A stretch of DNA of 64,000 bases from an uncultured delta proteobacterium (GTDB lineage Bacteria; Desulfobacterota; Desulfuromonadia; Desulfuromonadales; BM103), in NCBI GenBank assembly GCA_963715335.1, contig CAVQRZ010000023.1:32001-96000 (forward strand). The letters are read 5' to 3'. The position numbers and the translations under genes are program-made. The notes below the pieces were generated by a model, which saw only the letters and a list, made by a program, of their open reading frames with translations, searched no databases and had not been told where the DNA came from. Positions 54,486-64,000 of the stretch are shown here, in pieces (within the stretch, counting starts at the first letter, position 1; the number at the start of each line of letters is the position of its first letter).

Positions 54486-54623
54486 CGGATTGTTGACAAA
54501 CCCCGCACGTGATGCGGGGTTTGTTTTTTTACCTGGCAGGTGAAGCTTCTATAAAGCATGGGGCAACAGATGGTTAATCTGTTGCCCTCCTAAACATCAA
54601 TGCTGAAATTTGTCAGCAGCCTG
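54486..54623 (-). mobile_element. Composite repeat, copy E: empty shell (138 bp, one hairpin, no inner module)
   Basis: Ends CGGATTGTTGACAAA and TTTGTCAGCAGCCTG; arms match the outer arms of copies A, B and C; hairpin 54561-54587. Confidence 0.85.
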
Positions 54624-54742
54624 GAGCGCCCCTTTTGCCATCGGCTTAAACTGTTTTTCGTGACAAACAAAAGGCCCCCGATCCGCAAAGAGGGGGCTTT
54701 TGAATTTTATAGGCAGTGACACACGACGATCAATGCAAGCTT

Positions 54743-56152
54743 TCAGGCTTGCGAGATCCGGTCCTTGCCCGACAACTTAGCCTTGTACATAGCCTTGTCA
54801 GCAAGTTGCACGAGTTGGTCGCAAGATTGGGCGCTGTTACCTGTCAAGGTTGAGGTTCCTAAGCTGATAGTGACCTGCTCACCATCGAGACATTCAAACC
54901 GGTGGTCACGGATTATCGAGCCTAACCGGGTTGCCAGCTGCAGGGCTCCTTCAGAGGTTGTGTTCGGCAGGACAACCGCAAATTCTTCTCCTCCATATCG
55001 TGCCGGCACATCACTCAACCTGGCGACGTCCTTCGTGAGCTTACCGATTTCTCTTAGGACAGTATCTCCCTGGGTATGGCCATAATTGTCGTTGATCCGC
55101 TTAAAATTATCTATGTCAAAGAAGACCAGAGAAAGGGGTGTGTGGTAGCGTCTCGCTCTGCTGAATTCTTTTTCAAGACAACTGTAAAAATGTTGATGGT
55201 TGTAGAGTTTTGTCAATCCGTCCCGAATCGACATTTCCTCAAAATACTCTTGTGCGGTTTGCATCGACTCAAACAGGACAGCCGTTTCCAATGCGTTGGC
55301 GGAGAGGTTCGCCACCAATTGACACAACTTGTGGATTCTTTTGGTGACGCAACCGGGTAGCGGGCTCGCCATCCGCAAGAGGAAAGTCCCTATGACACTT
55401 TCTTTTTTAATAACCGGAATGACAACGATTGAATTGAAATTAAGACCAGCGATCTGTGCTCTTACAGAATCCATGAGCGGGTCGTTTTTTATGTCATTGA
55501 TGATGACGGGTTGTTTGGTGGCTAGGGCCTTGCTGATTTCCGGGTAGTTGCATAGTTCCAGTTTTATCTCTTCGTAAATCTCAAGGTCGCTACTGGCTTT
55601 GACATAAGGGATGCCGTCATCCTTGATGCTGACAATGGAACAGCGTGCTTCATCAATGATGGCCGACATCCTGTCGACGATCAGATGAAGTATCGTCATG
55701 GGATTGCGTATCGCAGAAATGTTTTCTGCCAGTTCAAGGAGCAGTATCAAATCTCTTGGTTCTAAATCGGCATAGTAATCTTTGGGCCTGAGATGGGCAC
55801 CTACACGTGCAAGGATTTCTGGAAGACACATCGGTTTTGTAATGTAATCGTCCGCCCCAACCTTTAACCCCCGAGCAATGTCTTCCTTTTTTGCAAGGGA
55901 GGTGAACAAGATGATGGGGATTTTTCTTGTCTTGACACTCTCCTTGAGAGTACGACAAGCATCAATCCCGTTTTTTCCTGGCATTTCAACATCCATGATA
56001 ATCAGATTGGGTTCCTGTGTCCTGGCAAGACGGATGGCCTCATCACCACTCACTCCTTCTATGATGTCGTATTGATCTTTCAAAGCATCTTTCAGAACAC
56101 TCCTGAAAAAGAGCTCGTCATCGACAACTAGAATTTTCAGTCCTGTTTTCAC
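54743..56152 (-). CDS. Response regulator diguanylate cyclase (REC-GAF-GGDEF)
   Basis: VVDD, MDVEMP, DIDNFK.IND.YGH..GD, RYGGEEF. Confidence 0.93.
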   Translation of the reverse strand: MKTGLKILVVDDELFFRSVLKDALKDQYDIIEGVSGDEAIRLARTQEPNLIIMDVEMPGKNGIDACRTLKESVKTRKIPIILFTSLAKKEDIARGLKVGADDYITKPMCLPEILARVGAHLRPKDYYADLEPRDLILLLELAENISAIRNPMTILHLIVDRMSAIIDEARCSIVSIKDDGIPYVKASSDLEIYEEIKLELCNYPEISKALATKQPVIINDIKNDPLMDSVRAQIAGLNFNSIVVIPVIKKESVIGTFLLRMASPLPGCVTKRIHKLCQLVANLSANALETAVLFESMQTAQEYFEEMSIRDGLTKLYNHQHFYSCLEKEFSRARRYHTPLSLVFFDIDNFKRINDNYGHTQGDTVLREIGKLTKDVARLSDVPARYGGEEFAVVLPNTTSEGALQLATRLGSIIRDHRFECLDGEQVTISLGTSTLTGNSAQSCDQLVQLADKAMYKAKLSGKDRISQA

Positions 56153-56309
56153 AAATACCCCTAATATATCCAGAGCTTGAATTAATTATCACTTTAACAG
56201 TACTCATTTACTGATTCGTTTACAAGGCAAGAAAGCATCGAGATGCTACTGAATCGAATAAAGTTGGCAAAGTCGAGCGTGGTCGAGGATTTTTGCTGCC
56301 CCTGATTAA

Positions 56310-56346
56310 CAAAAAAATGGCCACTTGGTGAGATCCAAGTGGCCAT
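56310..56346 (-). terminator. Terminator downstream of the OsmC-like gene
   Basis: atggccacttgg-tgagat-ccaagtggccat with a T-run on the minus strand. Confidence 0.75.
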
Positions 56347-56421
56347 CATTGTGTTAATTGGCAAGCGTCCCAAATGCCTCTATCAAAAGTTGGGACTGGA
56401 TTTGAATACTGATCCTATCCT

Positions 56422-56886
56422 TCAGGCTGAAACCAGCTCAAGAGAATGTTCGATCCGGATACACCCGGTAACGCTCATCGCTGCGGGGCACTTTTCAATA
56501 TAATTTTCCATTGCCCATCGAGCATCAGCTTCTTCTTGGTGACTGAGTTTCAGTACATAGTGAACGCGAATCACAGTAATTTTGAGTATACCCTCTACGT
56601 TCTCAATATCGCCTTCGACATTGGCCCGAAAAAGATCGGTGTGGGTTCTTATCTTTTTGGTCGCCAGCACGCTGGCGAAGGTGCCCATCATTCAAGCCGA
56701 GACTGCACCGACGATGTGATCCAAAGTAGCCGCGTGCTCTTCTACCGGATCGACCTTGTAAAATTTTTGTATTCCGCCATGGACCCCATAGAAGACCGGA
56801 TCAGAAAAGCCTTCTATTTGAGCTATCCTGATCGGACCCCTGTCTCTTGTGATGGTGATGCGTGATGTGTGAATTATTTCAGCCAT
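56422..56886 (-). CDS. OsmC-like selenoprotein (Sec at in-frame TGA 56692-56694)
   Basis: Two abutting in-frame ORFs joined by TGA at the OsmC first-Cys position; second Cys in EKCP; SECIS-like hairpin. Confidence 0.85.
56661..56678 (-). promoter_or_regulatory. Bacterial SECIS-like stem-loop
   Basis: UCGCCAGC-GU-GCUGGCGA, 13 nt after the UGA. Confidence 0.75.
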
Positions 56887-57236
56887 TGTAATGTCTCCTT
56901 TCTTAAGAACATCGACATGTAAAACGTTACCACATTGCAGTGACCGCGCTCACAAGGCAGAGGGGAAATGTGTCATGGAAGTTGTTTGAACTAACCTGGT
57001 CAAAAATAGCTGACCTGGTCAAAATTTCTACAACTTTCACGAACAAGACGTCATCTTCCCCCTGCAAAATCTACTTGAACAAGACTACTTTAACGCATTG
57101 ACTCTATATAGCAAAGCTGTTGCATCCAAAACCTTGATAAAATCAGCAAAATGGTTTACCAATGGTGACGGATTGCTGCGATAAACCAGGCAATTCCGGG
57201 TTTGCCTGAAGAGCTTGACAGGAGCGCGTGGCGCAC

Positions 57237-57653
57237 TCAACTCATGCCTTCAAAAGTCAGAACCTTTGCCGTAAAATCAGCGTCCAGCCTTCTCGGTTTA
57301 CGTTTCTGGTAATCGAAACAGACCAGCGCCGTTTCTCCTTCGGCCGTGACTTCACCATTTCGTTCGATGCGATATGCCATACTGAAGGACGAGCGGCTCA
57401 AATCGCGCACCCTGACAGCAATCAACAACTCATCATCGTGAAACATCTCCGCCCGATACTTGACATGCGCCTCGGGCAGAATAATCCCACAGCCCCCGCC
57501 TATATCGAGCTCTGAATAGCCGCCGAGATTTTTCAGGTAACCAATCCGGGCATCCTGAAAAAAATTCAGGACCGCAGAGTTGGCGACATGCCCACCGTAG
57601 TTGACATCGGCAATCCGTACTCTGTACGGGAGCGTGAACTTGAATCCTTGCAT
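57237..57653 (-). CDS. Acyl-CoA thioesterase (4HBT/YbgC family)
   Basis: RVRIADVNYGGHVAN hotdog motif. Confidence 0.9.
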   Translation of the reverse strand: MQGFKFTLPYRVRIADVNYGGHVANSAVLNFFQDARIGYLKNLGGYSELDIGGGCGIILPEAHVKYRAEMFHDDELLIAVRVRDLSRSSFSMAYRIERNGEVTAEGETALVCFDYQKRKPRRLDADFTAKVLTFEGMS

Positions 57654-57709
57654 GTTTGACTCCTGGGGCGAGAACTTCAGGGCTTTATATCCTTCAAGAC
57701 CTGATCAAT

Positions 57710-58525
57710 TCATTTCTGGCATTTTGCGCAATGGTAAGTCGATCGCTGTCCCAATCTTGTCTGTATAATGGCGCTACCGCAGGCTGTACAAGGTTCTCCC
57801 GCCCTGCCGTAAACCCGGAGTTCCTGTTTGAAATAGCCGGGCCGGCCCTCGGTGTCCATAAAATCCCTGATCGTAGTCCCACCGGCGGCAATCGCTTCGG
57901 CCAGAACCTCCTGCACAGATTGGACGAGCAGCGCAAACGCTTTTCTGCTGACCCCGCCAGCTTGCCTGCCTGGTGAAATGCGCGCGCGGAATAACGCTTC
58001 GCTGGCGTAGATATTGCCGACTCCAACAACCACATGCGCGTCCATGATGAACGGTTTGACGGCTACTTTACGATCCCGAGAGGTGCGAAAAAGGTAATCG
58101 GCGTTGAAAAGACCGGTTAACGGCTCCGGCCCAAGGCTGACCAGGCGTTCATGTTGCAGGGGATTTGTGTCTGTCCAGAAGATGGCACCGAACCGCCTTG
58201 AGTCATTGAAGCGCAAAACCGAGCGGTCGGTAAAGAACAACTCTACATGATCGTGTTTGCGTTTCTCTTCGCCAGACCGGCAAACCCGCAGATGACCGGT
58301 CATGCCCAGGTGGATTATCAGCGTTCCCTGTTCGAAGTTCATCAACAGGTACTTGGAGCGCCGCTCCACTGCGCAGACTTTTTGTTTTATGAGGGTTGCA
58401 TTGAGGTCCGGCGGGACCGGCCACCGTAATGAGGCATTGTGAACCAGCACCCGTTCTACATACTTGCCCCTGACCAGTGGCTCAATCCCACGTCGGGTGG
58501 TTTCAACTTCCGGCAGTTCAGGCAT
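57710..58525 (-). CDS. mutM: Formamidopyrimidine-DNA glycosylase
   Basis: MPELPEVE, HLGMTG, GVGNIYA, C-terminal Zn finger. Confidence 0.99.
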   Translation of the reverse strand: MPELPEVETTRRGIEPLVRGKYVERVLVHNASLRWPVPPDLNATLIKQKVCAVERRSKYLLMNFEQGTLIIHLGMTGHLRVCRSGEEKRKHDHVELFFTDRSVLRFNDSRRFGAIFWTDTNPLQHERLVSLGPEPLTGLFNADYLFRTSRDRKVAVKPFIMDAHVVVGVGNIYASEALFRARISPGRQAGGVSRKAFALLVQSVQEVLAEAIAAGGTTIRDFMDTEGRPGYFKQELRVYGRAGEPCTACGSAIIQTRLGQRSTYHCAKCQK

Positions 58526-58555
58526 ACAAGACCGGGACGCGGAAAATGATTTGCA

Positions 58556-59029
58556 TCATTTTTGGGATACTTTCTCCATCAGATTCGCTAGATAGCTTTC
58601 TGCTTCAATGGATCCTTCGGCAGGCGACCAGGGAGCGAAATCTTTATCCGACATGGGCACGTAAGGGCCGGGTTTGGTCTCGAAAAACACACTGCCGGGC
58701 TCAAGGGCCAGCAACGTGTGCCAAAGACCTGACGGCAGTTCTATGGCCACAGCATTGTGGCCATCGCCGAGAGGTACGATTTCTTCAATCTCACCGTGGG
58801 CATCGAAAACAAGCAGAGCCATCCTGCCCCGGACTGCCAAAAAACATTCGGGCTTAGGGGGATCGATGTGACGATGCGGACGAATATAAGTACCAGGCTC
58901 CACTGCATTAAAGAGCCTTTGGCACGGATCGTCGTACTGCTCATGCAGGTTGAGGTTCTTGCGGCGGCGGTCAGACTCTGCCGCCTCTCTGCTTAAACCG
59001 TCGAGAATGCCTTGATTGATTATTTTCAT
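58556..59029 (-). CDS. WbuC-family cupin-fold protein
   Basis: RRRKNLNLH, QRLFNA.EPGTYIRPHRH, WHT, FETKPGPY; start ATG 59029. Confidence 0.9.
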   Translation of the reverse strand: MKIINQGILDGLSREAAESDRRRKNLNLHEQYDDPCQRLFNAVEPGTYIRPHRHIDPPKPECFLAVRGRMALLVFDAHGEIEEIVPLGDGHNAVAIELPSGLWHTLLALEPGSVFFETKPGPYVPMSDKDFAPWSPAEGSIEAESYLANLMEKVSQK

Positions 59030-59041
59030 GGCTGAGCGCAC

Positions 59042-59473
59042 TCAGTAGATCGTGTTCGGATCAAGGTTGTCAAAGTCGCCAATGGTCAGGGCTTCCGGTT
59101 CAGCAGGGAGTTCACTTGCGGTCATCTTCAGTCCCCGATGATATCGCCAGGCTTGATCTTCCATTTTCAGCCAGACGAGTTCCGCAAACCACAGCAGGTC
59201 GCCCTGGACATCCATCTGCATCAGAAAAACCACCCTGGATTCCTCACTGTCGAGCTCTTCGTCGAGAACTCTGCAATCGAGGATTTTATAACCTGGGCCG
59301 AGGTTCTCTTCACCGAAGCGACAGTACTCGTTACGGTCCGGGAACTGCCGCCGAAAATTCGACGCGGAGTGGTAGGAGTCATGAATAAAACCGAAATCGC
59401 CTGCCGAAAAAGCATGATTTCGGGCCAGGATCAGTTCAGACGGCGTGTAATCGGACAGGCTCTTCCTGTTCAT
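59042..59473 (-). CDS. YchJ-like (NTF2-like) protein
   Basis: TPSELILARNHAFSAGDFGFI..SYH, WRYHRG. Confidence 0.7.
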   Translation of the reverse strand: MNRKSLSDYTPSELILARNHAFSAGDFGFIHDSYHSASNFRRQFPDRNEYCRFGEENLGPGYKILDCRVLDEELDSEESRVVFLMQMDVQGDLLWFAELVWLKMEDQAWRYHRGLKMTASELPAEPEALTIGDFDNLDPNTIY

Positions 59474-59542
59474 TCCAGCGACCCTGTTAATATAGAAGAA
59501 AAGCCACCGTTCCAGGGCTTAAAGGCCTTACAGCCCTGCAAT

Positions 59543-60385
59543 TCAGTCCTTGATCCTAGGATCCATGGCATCGCGGATTCCCTCACCCAGCAGGTTGTAG
59601 CCAAGGACGGTGAAGAGAATCGCCAGGCCGGGGAAGACCGACAACCACCAGGCCGTGCCCAGGGTCTGCTTGCCGGCAATCAGCATGTTGCCCCAGGACG
59701 GAGTCGGGGGTTGAACGCCGATACCGAGGAAAGAAAGTGCACTTTCCGTCAGGATCGCACCGGCAATGCCGAGCGTCGCAGAAACCAGCACCGGCGAAAT
59801 GGCGTTCGGCAGGATATGCCTGAAGATAATCCTTGTATCCCGTGCGCCGATTGCACGTGCTGCGACCACGAAGTCGCGCTCCCGCAACGACAGGAATTCT
59901 GCCCTGACCAGCCTGGCTACACCCATCCAGCTGGTCAGGCCGATGATAATCATGATGTTCCAGATCGATGGCTCGAGAAAGGCAATCACGGCCAGGATCA
60001 GAAAAAAGGAAGGGAAGCAGAGCATGATATCGACGAATCGCATGATCAGGGAATCGATCCACCGACCGTAAAAGCCGGCAAGAGCACCGAGCAGGATGCC
60101 GATGAAAGTCGCGATGCCTACGGCGACGAACCCAACCAGCAGAGAAATCCGTGCCCCGTACAGAATTCTGGCCAGCACATCACGACCCAGGTCGTCCGTA
60201 CCGAGAGGATAATCGAAACTGGGGGGCTGGAGCCGGTGGACAATGTCTATCGCGCCAGGGTCGCGACCCGAGACCGGCGCGAGCATAGCAAGACAGAACA
60301 TGGCCAGAACGATCAGCCCACCGGCCATGGCCATGTGGTTTCGTTTCAGGCGTGTCCAAAGCACTTCACGAAAAAAAGCAGCCAT
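59543..60385 (-). CDS. Peptide ABC transporter permease (OppC/DppC type)
   Basis: LGTDDLGRD, EAA-type loop, HILPNA, PSWGNML. Confidence 0.95.
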   Translation of the reverse strand: MAAFFREVLWTRLKRNHMAMAGGLIVLAMFCLAMLAPVSGRDPGAIDIVHRLQPPSFDYPLGTDDLGRDVLARILYGARISLLVGFVAVGIATFIGILLGALAGFYGRWIDSLIMRFVDIMLCFPSFFLILAVIAFLEPSIWNIMIIIGLTSWMGVARLVRAEFLSLRERDFVVAARAIGARDTRIIFRHILPNAISPVLVSATLGIAGAILTESALSFLGIGVQPPTPSWGNMLIAGKQTLGTAWWLSVFPGLAILFTVLGYNLLGEGIRDAMDPRIKD

Positions 60386-60547
60386 TGAATCCTCGAAATG
60401 TCATTTATACCATTGTCGGCAGGTTACTTTGAGCCATTCGGCACTAAACCCGCGCGAATCGACATTCTAACATAACCCCGCATGAAACGCGGAACGGGGC
60501 CGGCGACCCGGCAAATGGACGGAAGCCGTTCAATGGTCTCGCGCAAC

Positions 60548-61882
60548 TCAGCGCCGGCCGATGCCGAAATACTCGAAACCGGCCTCTTTCAGGCTGCGCG
60601 GGTCATACTGGTTCCGACCGTCGAAGATGACCGGTTGCTTCATCATCTCTTTCATGGCCCGGAAGTCCGGATGACGGAAGGGTTTCCATTCCGTAACCAG
60701 TGCCAATGCGTCAACCTGCTCCACAGCCTCGTACTGATGCCGCACGAGAGTCACTGAGCCGTTATCGAGCCATGCACCGGGCAACTCGTCACGGGTAGCC
60801 TCCAGCGCCTCGGGATCGTAGGCACGCACCCTGGCCCCTGCGTCGACCAATTCCCTGATCAGGATGAGGGCCGGAGCCTCGCGGATATCATCCGTGCCGG
60901 GCTTGAATGCCAATCCCCACAGGCCGAAAGTCAACCCTGAAAGATCAGCGCCAAAGCGGGCTTTGATCTTGCGGAACAGGACGTGTTTCTGGTCTTCGTT
61001 ACGCTCATGTACAGCCTGAAGTATCATCGACGGGTAATCATTCTCGCCAGCCATATGGATAAGCGCCCGGACATCCTTGGGGAAGCATGACCCCCCGTAA
61101 CCGCACCCCGGGTAGATAAAGGAATAGCCAATCCGGCTGTCGGCGCCGATGCCGAGACGGACGTTCTCGACGTCAACATCGAGATGGTCACAGAGGTTGG
61201 CGATTTCGTTCATAAAGGAGATCTTGGTTGCCAGCATGGAGTTGCCGGCGTACTTGGTCATTTCCGCATCCTTGACGCCCATGAACAGGATCCTGTCATG
61301 GTTGCGGCTGAAATCCTTGTAGAGTTCACGCATGACCTCACGGGAGCGATCCGAATCAATCCCGACCACGATCCGGTCGGGCTTCATGAAATCGGCGACA
61401 GCAGCCCCCTCTTTAAGAAACTCCGGATTGCTGACCACGTCAAAAGCTACGCTGACTCCACGGCTTTGCAGTTGCCTGCTGACTGCCGCCTTGACTTTCT
61501 CGGCCGTCCCGACCGGCACGGTCGATTTGGTGACAACGACAACGTAATCAGACAGGTTTCTGCCGATCTCGGAGGCAACGGCCAGCACATGCTGGAGATC
61601 TGCCGAGCCGTCCTCGCCGGGGGGTGTCCCCACGGCAATGAAGATGACTTCCGAATCTTGCATGGCTTCGGCCAGAGCCGTCGAGAAGACCAGCCGCCCT
61701 TCTTCGCAATTACGTTCGACGATCGGCTTGAGCCCCGGCTCGTAGATAGGAATCCAGCCATCCCTTAGCCTGGCCACCTTTTCGATATCTATGTCCACAC
61801 AGGTCACGTGATGTCCCATTTCCGCAAAACAGGATCCTGTGACCAGTCCGACGTATCCGGTTCCAACGACAGTTAACTTCAT
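60548..61882 (-). CDS. ugd: UDP-glucose 6-dehydrogenase
   Basis: GTGYVG, KSTVPVGT, SNPEFLKEG, GYGGSCFPKD; start ATG 61882. Confidence 0.96.
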   Translation of the reverse strand: MKLTVVGTGYVGLVTGSCFAEMGHHVTCVDIDIEKVARLRDGWIPIYEPGLKPIVERNCEEGRLVFSTALAEAMQDSEVIFIAVGTPPGEDGSADLQHVLAVASEIGRNLSDYVVVVTKSTVPVGTAEKVKAAVSRQLQSRGVSVAFDVVSNPEFLKEGAAVADFMKPDRIVVGIDSDRSREVMRELYKDFSRNHDRILFMGVKDAEMTKYAGNSMLATKISFMNEIANLCDHLDVDVENVRLGIGADSRIGYSFIYPGCGYGGSCFPKDVRALIHMAGENDYPSMILQAVHERNEDQKHVLFRKIKARFGADLSGLTFGLWGLAFKPGTDDIREAPALILIRELVDAGARVRAYDPEALEATRDELPGAWLDNGSVTLVRHQYEAVEQVDALALVTEWKPFRHPDFRAMKEMMKQPVIFDGRNQYDPRSLKEAGFEYFGIGRR

Positions 61883-61890
61883 AAAACCTC

Positions 61891-61920
61891 CGAGACGCGC
61901 AGCGCGAAACGCGCAACGCG
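61891..61920. repeat. Degenerate 7-mer tandem repeat
   Basis: cgagacg cgcagcg cgaaacg cgcaacg cg. Confidence 0.7.
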
Positions 61921-61972
61921 ACAAATGATTAACCTCTCAAATAACGGCCCAAACCTGAAATGGAGCTTGTTC

Positions 61973-63869
<1,897 letters not shown>

Positions 63870-63870
63870 T

Positions 63871-64000
63871 TCAACCTCCAACACACGTGAGTTCTGCCAG
63901 GGACAGGTTTCGGTCATGGAAATGCAGGCTGCCACGGGCGACAGACGCATCGACCCGTAGCGAAAAATCCGGGCAAATGCAACTGAGCCACGCCCGGTTC
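63871..64000 (-). CDS. 3' end of an upstream gene (product not identifiable here)
   Basis: Open frame ...NRAWLSCICPDFSLRVDASVARG...CVGG* ending next to the era start. Confidence 0.5.
   Translation of the reverse strand, partial: NRAWLSCICPDFSLRVDASVARGSLHFHDRNLSLAELTCVGG

Noticed and set aside
54743..56400. Lower-GC diguanylate cyclase region as a genomic island
   Set aside because: Single gene with no mobility genes or boundary repeats; the composition shift was judged by eye only.
59138..60388. Long antisense ORFs (416 aa here; also 14174-15370, 53169-54299, 10621-11682, 3551-4489)
   Set aside because: They lie opposite well-supported genes, lack motifs, and are typical of GC-rich codon bias.
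60470..60545. GC-rich mini-hairpins between ugd and the ABC permease as an sRNA or riboswitch
   Set aside because: Stems are short and match no motif I recognise.

Overview
A core-genome segment, probably from a Desulfuromonadales-type deltaproteobacterium (inferred from gene content, gene order and HcpR-type boxes). Most genes are on the minus strand. It carries thrS-infC-rpmI-rplT-pheS-pheT, three tRNAs, an HcpR/NO-stress cluster, metY, lpxL-trmL, a long yceD-rpmF-plsX-fab-rpiB-glyA-nrdR-rib-nusB-hom run, mazG, fxsA, htpG, a tlyA-methylase-ATPase-HIT-RSH cluster, rbgA, asmA, hcp, a diguanylate cyclase, mutM, ugd, galE and era. There is no transposase, integrase, phage gene, rRNA or CRISPR array. 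The main unexplained structure is a non-coding composite repeat in five copies. Its outer shell (~15-bp terminal inverted repeats plus a GGGCAACAGAT-N5-ATCTGTTGCCC hairpin) occurs either empty (138 bp) or loaded with a ~470-bp multi-hairpin module between two copies of the hairpin. It occupies 4 of the 6 convergent gene junctions. Other highlights are a hidden OsmC-type selenoprotein (in-frame UGA plus SECIS), a presenilin/SPP-like membrane protein, a phased DnaA-box palindrome, a Rad50/SbcC-like ATPase with only a 61-aa partner, a synthetase-dead RelA/SpoT homologue, a possible ThrRS operator and scattered 7-mer tandem repeats. Five single-base indels in four genes look like assembly errors.
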